Assembly (NCBI GenBank): GCA_000697335.1
Contig: JNEM01006047.1
Span: 1 to 44,798 of the forward strand
Length of the DNA: 44,798 nt
Reading direction: 5' to 3'
Origin: Conidiobolus incongruus B7586
Taxonomy: Eukaryota
The notes below the pieces were generated by a model, which ran no database searches, was not told the DNA's origin, and saw only the letters and a list, made by a program, of their open reading frames with translations. Below are positions 11,778 through 23,291 of the stretch, in pieces (position 1 is the stretch's first letter; each line of letters begins with the position of its first letter). The position numbers and the translations under genes were made by a program.

Positions 11778-13027
11778 TTTTTAATTTAAACAATTAATTA
11801 AATTAATTTGTATCGATGAGAATTAAATTATTTAAATTGAATTTATTTATTATGGTATCTGTTATTCAATAAACATAATATTAATTAAAATTTTGATTAT
11901 TTATTCAAATAATATATTCGAACAAGTTTAATTCATCTCATGTATTAACTATAAATTCTGATAATATTGAATATTTAATGTAAATTTATAACTAATCTGG
12001 ATTAATAGTAATTAAAAATATGATGGAAAATCGATAAATATATTGACCAATATAATAATATATATTATATATATTTCAAATAATTTGAATATAAAAAAAT
12101 CAAAAAATATTAAAAAATTTAAATTCAAAATCGCTAAATCACCTTAATTTAGTCTTTTTAACGAAATAATTTAATACAAGTCATTCATATTATCTCCACA
12201 AATAACTCTCAACTTATTAAAATCTTATAAAAATATATTAATTTAAACTTATAAAATCATTCAATTTTGAATGAATTCGTTTATATAGTTGAATATAGTA
12301 GTTATTAAATTTCATATTAGACTTATATTATACTTTCGTACCGAATATTGGTAAAAATTCTCACATTGATTAATACAGAATAATTAACAAACAGAGTAAA
12401 ATCAAGATATTAAATTAAAATTTTATTAGAATGATTGTCGAGTAAAAGTATCTATATGTTGATTATTACAGTTATCAATTAATTATTTTTCTCGCTATTT
12501 CCTTATTCAATTTGTAATTAAACACTTTGTTTTTGAATTGATCTTAAAATGACATTAGAGGATTTAATATATTGTAGTATCTGCTGCCTTAACAGTATGA
12601 TATTCTGTAATGATGTAGCGATACTGTTTTTATATTAGTATATAAAGAAACTGTAGTAATATTGAAGCTCTATTTGGTTAATATTTCCTATTGTTTCATG
12701 CACTTAAGCTATATGTAAAAATGTGATATAGCAATGGTTTATATGTAATGTTTCATCACGTTTTGTCGATTTCAAGGATTTATTAGTATTCACTATAGTA
12801 TCTCTCTAATGAGAATCCAAGATGCTGTTACATGGTCTGATTATGATCACTTTTAATTTAAAACTTAATATATATCCGATAAATGTCAATGATTAAGCTG
12901 TAAAAACGTGTTTAATATATTTGATGAATTCAAATAATATTCTTTTCAACTTCAATATAAAAGCATTATGATATTTGACAAACAAAAGATATCATCGAAT
13001 ATAAGTGACAATTGAATAATAGCCATT

Positions 13028-14050
13028 ATGAAATTTTCATTGCTTGCATTGAGTTTATTGGGTGTGAAAGCCGATTTTAACTACACTTTAGATGCTTTAG
13101 CCGAAGAGTACCCCGAACCCAGGACCATCTTGCGTCATCCCAAAAAATTCCACGATGAATTGTTGAATTTACCAGATTCTTTCATCTGGGATATTATGAA
13201 TTTGGGTAAGAAGTTGCCTCCCATTCGTCAGAATCCCCCTACCAAGGTTCCCATTGTATCTGTTGAACGCTTGAAGTACCATGTTAAGCCCGCTCTCCTT
13301 CCTTATTGTCTCAAAGATGAGGATTATGAAGATGCTGAACCCGATAGAAAGAATGTTCAGTATGGTGACTTTACCTTGGATAAGATTTATCGTAATATGA
13401 ACTATGGCTCAATGGTCATTACTGGATTCCTCCACGACCAAAAGATCATTGTCGTATCCCATCGTGGTACCGCTAACTTGAGAAACTGGTTACGCAACAT
13501 CAGCTATGGTCAAGTGCCAATGAGAGGTGCTCCTAGAGATGTCAGAGTCCATGAAGGATTCTTGGGTATTTACAGATCTACTGGTAAGAGCTCCAATGAA
13601 AGATTGAATCAATTATTGGCCGATCCTAAGTATAAAGACTACAAGGTCGTATTCACTGGTGTCAGCTTGGGTGCTGCTACCGCCCTCATTCACGCCTTCG
13701 ATGCCGGTAAGCGCCTCAAGGATGCCGGTCGTACCGTCGAACTCTTTACTTATGTCGGCCCCCGTGTTGGTAACCGCGCTTTTGTCGACCATTTCATCTC
13801 CTTAGGCATTATCACTGGAAGATACACCAATGGAGGCGATATTGTCTCCAAGATGTACCCTAGAACCAAGGGTTATGTCCACGTCCCTGGTGAATTCTTC
13901 AGTCCTCCCAACTCTGGTGATAAGGTCATCACCTGTAGCCAAGCTTGGGACGAAGATCCCAACTGTGGATGGAGCACTAACGATAACATTCGTTTAATTG
14001 ACCATGCTTTCGCTTTTGGAGATATTCAAAAATTATGCCCTTATAATTAA
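13028..14050 (+). CDS. Secreted class 3 (triacylglycerol) lipase, 340 aa, intronless
   Basis: Signal-peptide-like MKFSLLALSLLGVKA; IVVSHRGT, VHEGF, nucleophile elbow FTGVSLG, TYVGPRVGN, catalytic Asp in GDIVS, GYVH, C-terminal DH. Confidence 0.92.
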   Translation: MKFSLLALSLLGVKADFNYTLDALAEEYPEPRTILRHPKKFHDELLNLPDSFIWDIMNLGKKLPPIRQNPPTKVPIVSVERLKYHVKPALLPYCLKDEDYEDAEPDRKNVQYGDFTLDKIYRNMNYGSMVITGFLHDQKIIVVSHRGTANLRNWLRNISYGQVPMRGAPRDVRVHEGFLGIYRSTGKSSNERLNQLLADPKYKDYKVVFTGVSLGAATALIHAFDAGKRLKDAGRTVELFTYVGPRVGNRAFVDHFISLGIITGRYTNGGDIVSKMYPRTKGYVHVPGEFFSPPNSGDKVITCSQAWDEDPNCGWSTNDNIRLIDHAFAFGDIQKLCPYN

Positions 14051-14332
14051 TAAATTATTTATGATCTATATTACTATATTGAAAATCTAATAATTTATAT
14101 AATGGCAACTGATAAAATAAGTTGATCAAAAATTTGTTACGCATAATTATTATTATAAAAATTGACATAATAAACCAATCAATCATAGTAATTCATTTGT
14201 AATAATTGATTAAGATAATTCTACTCATTTGAATAATATTACAAATACAGATAAATAATTATCTATTAAAATAAAGTAATTGTACATATATCATAATTCT
14301 AAATAATATATTAAGCCCTCATGAATTAAAAT

Positions 14333-17300
14333 TTATTGATTCAGCTGCATAATTAAGACATCCAACTCTTGACAAATTAAATTATCTTGACAAGCTTGGC
14401 GAATAGTTCTAAAGTAATTTTAATAAAATAAGAAATGAAATGAATTTATAAATGACTTGCCTGAGCATATTAACATCCTTGAGATTGAAAGCTTCTTGAC
14501 CAGCCTCACGATAAGCTTTAATATCCAAAAATAATTGTGGCCTGATAGATGCATCGCACTTAACGACATATCGCATCGCTTGATTGGGCTGTTTCGCTTC
14601 GACACATGCCTTATAAAATGGCTTGAGAATTATTGAATTAGTTAATTAAAAGAAATTGTGCAAGTTGATGTATATTTACCAAATAGCCAATTGGAGATTT
14701 CTTGGACTTGGAAAATGCTTCCAAACCTTCCCAGTTTCTCGCTTGGACTAATCCTTTGAGTTTGAGCCACCAGAATCTAGATCAAAATGAGTATAACATT
14801 AATCACATCTCATTGATAAAATACCTCTTGTCACTAATGTTAAATGTGCTCTTCAATTGATTGACGGTTGTTTGATCGTCCAATTTTGCTGCTAAAATCA
14901 CAGTATCTGCTAAACTTTTGCCAACGAAAGGTTGTCGTGTTTTAGATTCCAATTCTGATTGGATTTTCAATAATGTGATTTGCTCTTCCATTAACTATAA
15001 TATCAGATTAGGAAATGTCATTATATAAAAGCGAATATTAAATACCTGAGCTGAGTTGCCAGAGAATTTGACACCGTTGAACCGCTTAGAGGCGTCTTTC
15101 CATACTTGAATTACTTCTTCAACGCTCTTAGAGGGATAGGCTTGTTGAATGTCAAAAATCGCGCGGTCGAGTGTACGATCTTCTTGGTAGTAAAAGTCTT
15201 TGAGTAGTTGGGGGTCTTGGTACTTGATATTCAACTCAAATAAAGAGCTTGCAATCGGGTATTTGGATAATGTTTGGAAGAAATCGCCTAATGGAAGCTT
15301 TCTTTGGAGCATCTGTAATACCAGGTAAACTAATAAAAACTTAATAAAAAAACCCATAGTTTAGTGCTGGATAGTTACCTAAATTGGGATCACCACTTAG
15401 TATAGCTTTCTCTAAAGCAAGTCCATCTTGATTCATATTCAAAAGCATTGGAATTTGTCGAGATGTCTTTGGTTCTTTATCTAGCAACTACATTGGACGT
15501 CAGGTAATTAATGATTTAAAAATAGAATAAGAATTACTTTGATAGCGAGTTTAAATAATCCCATTTCATTAGCAACCTTAGCTATTTGATGATAGGCTAA
15601 GCCTGGTTTGTTATCTCCAATTTTATTGAGGACAATTCGAGAAGTGGTTTCTTCATCTTCAATAGAATATCGAATCTAGTAGTATTTTAATTAAATTAAT
15701 TATTAGTATTATGAGACTTAATTTACCTTGGTGCAAGCCCAGTCAATGATCACATCATCAGTTTTCCACTTCAAATGTTCACATACTTTAATAGCGAGTA
15801 AATGCTTTCTTAAGCTCAATAATCTTTTCAACACCTTCTGAGGGCCTAGAATTTCTCTGTATTGATATAGAGTGAGGGGAAGACCGACCGATGGATGGCG
15901 CAAGCAGTTTAAAACGCGTAAAGTGGTAGCCATTTCAATAAATGGGGTTGGGTTAAATTCATACAAAAAGCTTTTTCCAAATGAGGCAGCCTAAAAATTA
16001 AAATTAAAATCAAATCACTTATTATATAAAAAAATCCCTTATTTACTTTTAATAATTGTTTTTGAAGATCGATGGACCACTGTTGACCGGCTGCTTCAAT
16101 ACATGAATTTACAGCAAATTCTAATTGATTACCAATATTACGAATATTTTCATCTGCTTTGGGTGATTTTTTCTGAAAAAATTATAATAAGTCACTCTGT
16201 CATTTAAAAATGAATTAATTGAAAATTACACAAAAATGATCCAATGCTTCATATAACATTGCAGATGGAGAAGTAGAGCCAATCCCAAATAAGCTTTCAG
16301 TTGCTGGATCTAATTTGGTTAAAAATTCAACACCATCTTGAGAGATGATTAAAATCCCGTCTTCTTCAGTTGCAAAATGAACCATGTGACCGTCGAAGAA
16401 CAGTTGACTGAAGTCTCCGAAAGGTCCTAACATTGTTGTAGAATTTGTTGTATGCAATAACAAAAGATCATTGCCACACCTAGTGAAAAATTAATATTGA
16501 AATGAATGATAAAATGAGATCAAATGGTACCAAGCAACTTTTAGAATATTTTCCAATGAACTGAGGTCTTGTTCGAGATATTTCTTATGAAAATCAGAAG
16601 AAACAACAAGTGCTTGACAATCAAAAGTAATTAAACATAATAACTTTCCATTAGGAGAAAGTGCAATATGAATAAAAGGGCCCTGTTGAAGTAATTGATC
16701 ATTAGCCCCTTGACTATCAAGTGCAATAACAGTACTCTGAGTAGCCAGCAATACTTCAACATGCTTGCTCAGTGACAGATCTGGTGGGATAATACACCAT
16801 GAGTGAATGGTCTCTTCACCTGGATGATAATTTAAAGTTTGGGCCAAAGGTTGATCATAATCAGAAATATGAATAAATTGAGAGTCTGAAGTCAACACAA
16901 TCAACCCACTATCCCAGAACTTAGCTTCAGAAACACGTACTCCAGAGGTCAATCCGAGTGAAAAGGTTTTGAAATCACCAAATAATTGATAAATTCTGAC
17001 TGTACCATCTTCGAATACAGCTGCCAAATTATCCTCATGAGTCCAGCCTAAATTTATTAATCTTGCTTTCTCCCATTTGATTCTGTTGACTAATACACCA
17101 GATAATGTGTAAATTAAAATTTGGGTGGATAATTGGGGCTGTGTCGACTGAATAAGTTTGGTTGTATCTCTTACCAGTGCTAAATAGATATATATATATA
17201 TTAATTCATTATCACAAATATTACTATCATTTCATACCCAATAAACCCATTCCTCTACCCATTACCACTCTATAATGATCAAAATTGAGTTCGAAATGGT

Positions 17301-17478
17301 CTAGATTATATAGTGTATGCTTTCTGTCAAAGGGAATCAGCCTATAAATACTATAATAATTTTTCAAATTTGAAAATATAACTTACGAATAAAAAGTATT
17401 CCCTAATTGTATCCAGTTAGCTGATACCAACCCGGAAGATAAAGGCTCAAACATTGGTGAATTTTCGAATTCAAACAT
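14333..17478 (-). CDS. VPS16: HOPS/CORVET subunit Vps16, 13 exons by manual splicing
   Basis: Spliced product contains [69 protein letters not shown] at 17478, stop TAA 14335-14333. Eleven GT-AG introns and one GC-AG intron keep the frame. Confidence 0.93.
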
Positions 17479-18459
17479 TTTTAAAAATTTCGATCTAATT
17501 AGTAGTTTGAACTAAATAATAATATCGATAATTTAAATAATAGATTTAGTATTGTTTTATGTAATATTGATGCTATTAAATTAATTAGTTATATATAGAG
17601 TTCAATATTTTAATTTTGAATTAATGACAATTGATTTGATTGATTTATCCAAGTGCTAGTCACATACTTGACCATAAATGATTACATCATATTTTGATGA
17701 ATTATGGGTTCAATTGAATAACTTAAGATAATTGTATAAAAATTAATAAAACTGGTTTTTTGAGTGAAAGCATAAATTTTTAAAATTTAGAAATATCACT
17801 TCAGGTTTATTTATAATTGAAATTTTTGCATTATTCAATTTATAATAGTAGCATTTGAGAGCGTTGAAAACTGACACAATGAAAATTATTTAAAATACCG
17901 ATCAAATCGCAATTAAATACCTGAATCACAAATCATAGCATTATTAATATTTTTATTAAGAGATTATGGTACTGCAATTTTTTTTATTATATTACAAGTT
18001 CGAATTTCTTAGTGATATATAATTTTTAACATTATTTGTTAAAGAAAATTCCAATTAGATTTTTAACAATTGGAATAGACAAAAACTACTTTAAAAAGTT
18101 GTAAAATTGATTATATTCTCCAAAAAAGAGTTATAGATTCATTTTCTCTCTATATATATTATTTTAAAATAGAATCAAAATCAATGATTATTCATTATTT
18201 AATATTTATATTAAATTTCAGTGCATTAATGGAATAAAACAATTGGGAGGATATCTTGGCGCAGTTGCGGTAAATGAATATTGATCAATTGGAAATTACA
18301 ATTTTTGAGGTTTGGTGAATTTTCAGTGATTGGTCAATGGATTTTAGTCTCCAATTTATTCAATCAATCCATAAAATTATAAGTTGATTCTTTTATTCAT
18401 TAATTCATTTCAATTCTTAATTTTTATACTAATACGCTAATCAAATAATAATATATAAA

Positions 18460-19322
18460 ATGTCAGATTATCGTAGTTTTAGAGCTAATCAAAATAAACC
18501 AGCTAATAACTTTAGCTTACCTGATAAAAAAGATGAAGAATATACCGAAGAAGATATTAATATGGTCAAAAGTCAAATTCGCAGTATAAAGCAAGATTCC
18601 GCTGCTGCTACAAGACAAGCTGTCGCTAGATTGGCTCAAACTGAAGAGATGGCTGTGAACACTATGGAAAAATTGGGAACCCAATCTGGTAAGTATTCTT
18701 TTTATTTGAACAATATATAGAATATTTCATTTAATCATGATATATAGAAAAAATCAACAGTGTTGACCGTCAAATGAAAATTGCCGACCTCCAAGCAGAT
18801 TTAGCTTTGGAACAGAGTGCTGAGTTGAAGAGAATCAACGGTTCAATGTTTAGCTTTTTCAAAAACCCATTCAAATCTAAGAGTAAAAACGAACTTGAAA
18901 TTGAAAGATTGAAGAGAGACCATCAAGCAGCTCTCGAGAGAGACGACGAAGCTAGAAAGTTCGATTTTGACACCAAGAATCGTATTAATAATGCAGTTAA
19001 CGAAAGCAAAAATCATACCATCTCAGGCGGATCTTTGCCTATGCAAAATACTAACAATTACTCCAATGCCAGTACTCGTAGCGCTCCTGCTAAATCTAAA
19101 TACAATTTTGAAGAAGATGCTGATGGTCAAGCTTTAGAAGATGAAATTGACAGCAACTTGGATCTTATTTCTAATTCATTGAACCGTCTTAAGAATTTAT
19201 CATTGAATATGTCTAACGAATTGGATATTCAAAATAGCAAAATTAAGGATATCACCAAGAATTCTGAAGGCGTTCACGAAAAACTGGTTATCGGACAAAA
19301 CAGAATTAAGCGCATTAACTAG
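18460..19322 (+). CDS. SEC9: Sec9/SNAP-25-like Qbc t-SNARE; exons 18460-18688, 18748-19322 (267 aa)
   Basis: Two SNARE helices (KLGTQSEKINSVD; LEDEIDSNLDLI...LKNLSLNMSNELDIQN) with linker motif SMF..FKNPF. A GTAAGT...TAG intron joins the two ORFs in frame. Confidence 0.9.
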
Positions 19323-19710
19323 TATTTTAGCGATATTTTTCGCCTAACCATTAAAAAACAGTCAGCTCATTTTTCATTATATTTTTTTTTAAATTTCAAT
19401 GTGATATGTATCATTTTATATACTTATACATAATTTAATGTGTTTTGAATTTCAAAAAAGTTATGTTGTCAATATGTTAATTTCAAACCAATTTATAAAT
19501 CATTTCATATAATATTTGTTTTAACCTTGTTTTATAAGATTTATAAAACTAAAATTTTACATTTTAAACTATGATAGAATTAACTTAAATTTTGCAAATT
19601 GAAAAAAATATTTGAGAAAATAAATATACTAATCATAAAAAATGAAATTGAATTGAAAGTTTAAAATATATGATAAAGAATCGATTTAGGAGTATATAAA
19701 AACAGGATTT

Positions 19711-19784
19711 TGCTCCCAACAGGGATCGAACCTGTGACCTTGGCGTTATTAGCACCACGCTCTAACCAACTGAGCTATGGGAGC
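19711..19784 (-). tRNA. tRNA-Ile (anticodon AAT), intronless
   Basis: GCTCCCATAGCTCAGTTGGTTAGAGCGTGGTGCT-AAT-AACGCCAAGGTCACAGGTTCGATCCCTGTTGGGAGCA: perfect 7-bp acceptor stem, A and B boxes, and a T5 Pol III terminator a few bases downstream. Confidence 0.97.
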
Positions 19785-20332
19785 TATATAACTATATGTA
19801 GTTCATAATCATATCTTAGTTTATTAAATTATTTGTATTAAAATAATTATTCTATCATTTTGATACTTTTTTCCTGTAAACATTTTATTCTTATCCAATT
19901 TAATCACAATATTTGATACATATTTCTTAATTTTTTTTATATAATATTAAAATTTCGATAAACGTTAAATGAATCAACTTTATTAATTTTAAAGTTTGTT
20001 TTTTTCAGATTTAAATAATTCAAAGTTTTAATATTAAACCAAACATATTCTAAATATTTTATTGTCAAATCATTTTGAAATCGTTATCATTATAAGTTAA
20101 ACAAATGATATTTCAGAATTATTAATAAAAATAATAATATAATTTATTGATATTATGATTGAATTATTGTTATATCAACTGTTTATGATATCTATTGATA
20201 TATAAGAGAATTAATTTAGTCTATAATAAGGATGATGTTTGAATCTTCTAAATTAGTTAAAATGAGGGATTGTTGCTAAAATAACAATAATTCGTAGAAT
20301 GATTTGACACTAAAGGATCAATCTGGTTGGAA

Positions 20333-20891
20333 TTATTCTTGCATTTCATCTGAGTCATATTCTTCATCTTCATCGTCTTCATCGTCTTCATCTTCATCGT
20401 TATTTTCACCAGCGATAATATTAGTTTGATTGGTTTGGTTGGCAACTTGTTCTCTCAATTTAATTACGGTGGAATGATTTCCGGTAATGACTTCATTGTA
20501 GAGCTGAATACATTGTTTAGCAACCTAAAGGAAAGAATGAATAATTAGATTAATAACAAATAAATATTAATATTACAATATAGGAGGAGTCGTCTTCCAA
20601 AACAGTTTCAAATTCATCACTCATAATTTGGTTTAAAATATCTTCAATATCTTCAACTTCAGTCTTTTTACCGTCTAAAACCATATCAGATTAAATATAT
20701 AAATTTTTTTGTAAATTTAAAATGATATTACTTTGGCCAAAATAATTAACAATAACATCAATCATCCAATCCCTTTTTTCTTTTGATTCAACACCTCCCC
20801 ACTCCATTTGAACGGCTAATTTTAAAGCATCCCACTTTTTAAAAATTAAAGTGACTCCTTCTTTAAAGGCTAAAGCATTAGGATGAACCAT
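20333..20891 (-). CDS. TSR2: Pre-rRNA processing protein Tsr2; exons 20891-20732, 20674-20577, 20524-20333 (149 aa)
   Basis: WDALKLAVQMEWGG (WGG domain), IEDIL..IMSDEFETVLEDDS, acidic tail; two GT-AG introns in frame. Confidence 0.93.
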
Positions 20892-21092
20892 TTTTTTATA
20901 TATTTATATTTATATAATGAATATAATCAATGTTTTTTATGAATTCAGTAAAAGAATTACATTATAAGGATGAATGAAATTTTGTATGTTTATGGGATTA
21001 TAATTATCCTTTTTATTAACTATTGGTGATCTATAATCATTCAATAGTTCATGTTTTATATATTGCATTTTAATTGGTTTGTCTTAGATAAT

Positions 21093-21094
<2 letters not shown>

Positions 21095-21124
<30 letters not shown>
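21095..21124. repeat. (AT)n microsatellite
   Basis: Uninterrupted dinucleotide run of about 30 bp. Confidence 0.9.
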
Positions 21125-21129
<5 letters not shown>

Positions 21130-21263
21130 AATAATAAATGAAATATAACCAAACAACTCTAATAATAAGGAATATCTTAATCCCACAAAATTCAATCAAA
21201 ACGGTATATTACTTAAAATGAATCAAATTAGATAGAGTTCACTTTAATTAAAGTATTGAATAA

Positions 21264-21884
21264 TTGTCAGCAACTAATAATAATGTAACAAAAGTTGAAA
21301 GTGACGATGAATATGTAATTTTCAAAGAACTGATTATTGATATTTTATCAAAGTTTATCATTTATTGTACTTTGATTCAGACAATTTATGTAACAATGGA
21401 ATTTGACTCTGATTAATGGGGTATTTTATCTAAACCAGGTCAAGCATATTGCATGACTGTAGATTTATATATATTAATAAATTCATCATATTTTATTTAT
21501 TGGAGAAAACTATTAGGGTCTGGATACTGGCCAACCATATTTACAAGCTGCTGAAACCACTTTTAGAGGACAGTATGATGAAGCTATTGGTACTGATATT
21601 TTATTTGTTGTACCCTGCCATTTAATAAATAAAGAAAATAACAATTATACTACAAATAATAGAAATGGAAATAAGAAAAATAATTCAGATAAATAATTTA
21701 TTATGATTGATATTAATTTTTATATACTCATATTTTGAAAAATGATCAACTCAGTTATTTAACGCATATGACTAAAAAGTTGAATATGCTTCGAATTGAC
21801 TTATTGGCTAAAAAGACGAAAGATAAAGAGATGAATGTTGATCCTGAGATGAATCTAATTAGCCTTTCGATTCCTATGATGTAA
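21264..21884 (+). pseudogene. Disrupted TFIIIC subunit 6 (GTF3C6/Sfc7-like) gene
   Basis: Exon remnants translate to SATNNNVTKVESDDEY | TIYVTMEFDSD*WGILSKPGQAYCMT | GLDTGQPYLQAAETTFRGQYDEAIGTDILF... and LSYLTHMTKKLNMLRIDL. TTG at the expected start (21264), in-frame TAA at 21414-21416, and no canonical splice sites around the last intron-like segment. Confidence 0.65.
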
Positions 21885-22057
21885 TAGAATTAGAATAATT
21901 ACATTATTGATATACTTATAAATATTATTATATATAATTAAAAAGTTAATCAATTTATACTATTTTCAATATTAATTAAGTTTGTATTTTATATAAATAA
22001 TAATAAGATGTAATATTATTAGAATAAAATAATTTATAGAGAGATATTATAACATTT

Positions 22058-22477
22058 TTAATCTTGTTTAGTTTCAGTAGTTTGAGGCTTAACTTCTGAC
22101 TTATCTGGTCTAATCCTCCATCCTCTTAATTTTCTCTTCATTAATGATTTCTGGGATTCTTCAAGTGAGACATTAAAGTCCTCCAAATTAGGGGGATCGG
22201 GATATTTAAATTCGTGGTCTAAAGTGACAATAGCTTTCTTATAACTGGGATCTCTAGAACGTTGATTGGTTCCTGGATCTCTTCTAATTTTACCTTGATA
22301 TAGCATAGTACGAACATCAACAGGCTTGACTTTATAAATATTGGTTAGATAATCTTGAATATCCAACTTGGAAAGATGAATAGGAACTTTGAAAGCGACT
22401 TGATTAGGTGGTAATTTGGCACGGATCATCGTAAAGATGATATTGGGAAAATAGACTAATTTCTTGCCGTAAACCAT
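22058..22477 (-). CDS. MRPL23: Mitochondrial ribosomal protein uL23m, 139 aa
   Basis: VYFPN, AFKVPIHLSKLDIQDYLTNIYKV, VRTML, YKKAIVTL, FKYP motifs of mitochondrial L23. Confidence 0.92.
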   Translation of the reverse strand: MVYGKKLVYFPNIIFTMIRAKLPPNQVAFKVPIHLSKLDIQDYLTNIYKVKPVDVRTMLYQGKIRRDPGTNQRSRDPSYKKAIVTLDHEFKYPDPPNLEDFNVSLEESQKSLMKRKLRGWRIRPDKSEVKPQTTETKQD

Positions 22478-22820
22478 ATTAAATAATTTAGTAAAATATT
22501 ACAAATAAATATTTATATCTGAATGTATTATTTCTAATATTTTGTATTAATTGAAAAATTCTATAATTATTATATATTTTTAATTTTAATTTAAGTTCAA
22601 CTTTTATTTAAATTTCAATATATTTATATTTATTAAACTGAAATTATATGGGTTATGGGATAGAGATTTGATATAACAATCAATCCCATAACTGAATAAA
22701 GATTTTAATTTATTCATAAATAGCTAATATCATGGCTAAATACTTGATTTTATTAAATATCCAATTAATTTTTTTATAATTTAAAATAAATCTTTTTATC
22801 TAAAATTAAAACTTTTCAAA
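22478..22820. promoter_or_regulatory. Probable bidirectional promoter between MRPL23 and CBP6
   Basis: 343-bp head-to-head spacer with divergently oriented CCCATA motifs (22647 and 22654 on -, 22685 on +). Confidence 0.55.
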
Positions 22821-23291
22821 ATGAGTTTTAATATAGTTCAGCATCGTCAAAAAGTACTCAATATGTACAGAGAATTTTTAAGATTAAGTTATGATTGGCC
22901 AAAAGATGTATTGAGACCTAAGAGAGATTTTAGAACACATTTACATAAACAGATAGTTACCGCCTTTAATGAGAATTCCGAATTAGACCCACAGAGTGAA
23001 CAAGTTCAAAAACTTCTGACAAAAGGAGATAAACAATTAGAAGCTTTACAAAATTTATTAGATAATAAATATCACGACCAAGTAAGTTTTCGAAGTATAA
23101 ATTTCAAATAATTTTGTTTTAATACAGTAATTATTTAGTATCCTTTATCTAATGAGATGTTAAATCCTGCTAGTAATCCTCAGTATTATAAGAAATTATT
23201 ATCTTCCCTGTCTCCTTATACTTATATGAGCCCATGGAAAGCTCTAATTAGTAAAATGTTTGGTAAAAATGAGACACCAGCAAAGCTTTAA
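22821..23291 (+). CDS. CBP6: Complex III assembly factor Cbp6/UQCC2-like; exons 22821-23081, 23139-23291
   Basis: YREFLRL...WPKDVLRP...LEALQNLLDNKY..QYPLS..MLNPASNPQYYKKL after removing a GTAAGT...TTTAG intron. Confidence 0.82.

Noticed and set aside
21414..21416. TAA reassigned to a sense codon
   Set aside because: Most intact genes here end in TAA and none has an internal TAA.
21689..21731. U12-type AT-AC intron in the TFIIIC-6 locus
   Set aside because: No ATATCCT donor or TCCTTAAC branch site, and the phases do not fit.
19711..21884. Functional clustering of the tRNA with a TFIIIC gene
   Set aside because: A single instance separated by TSR2; most likely chance.
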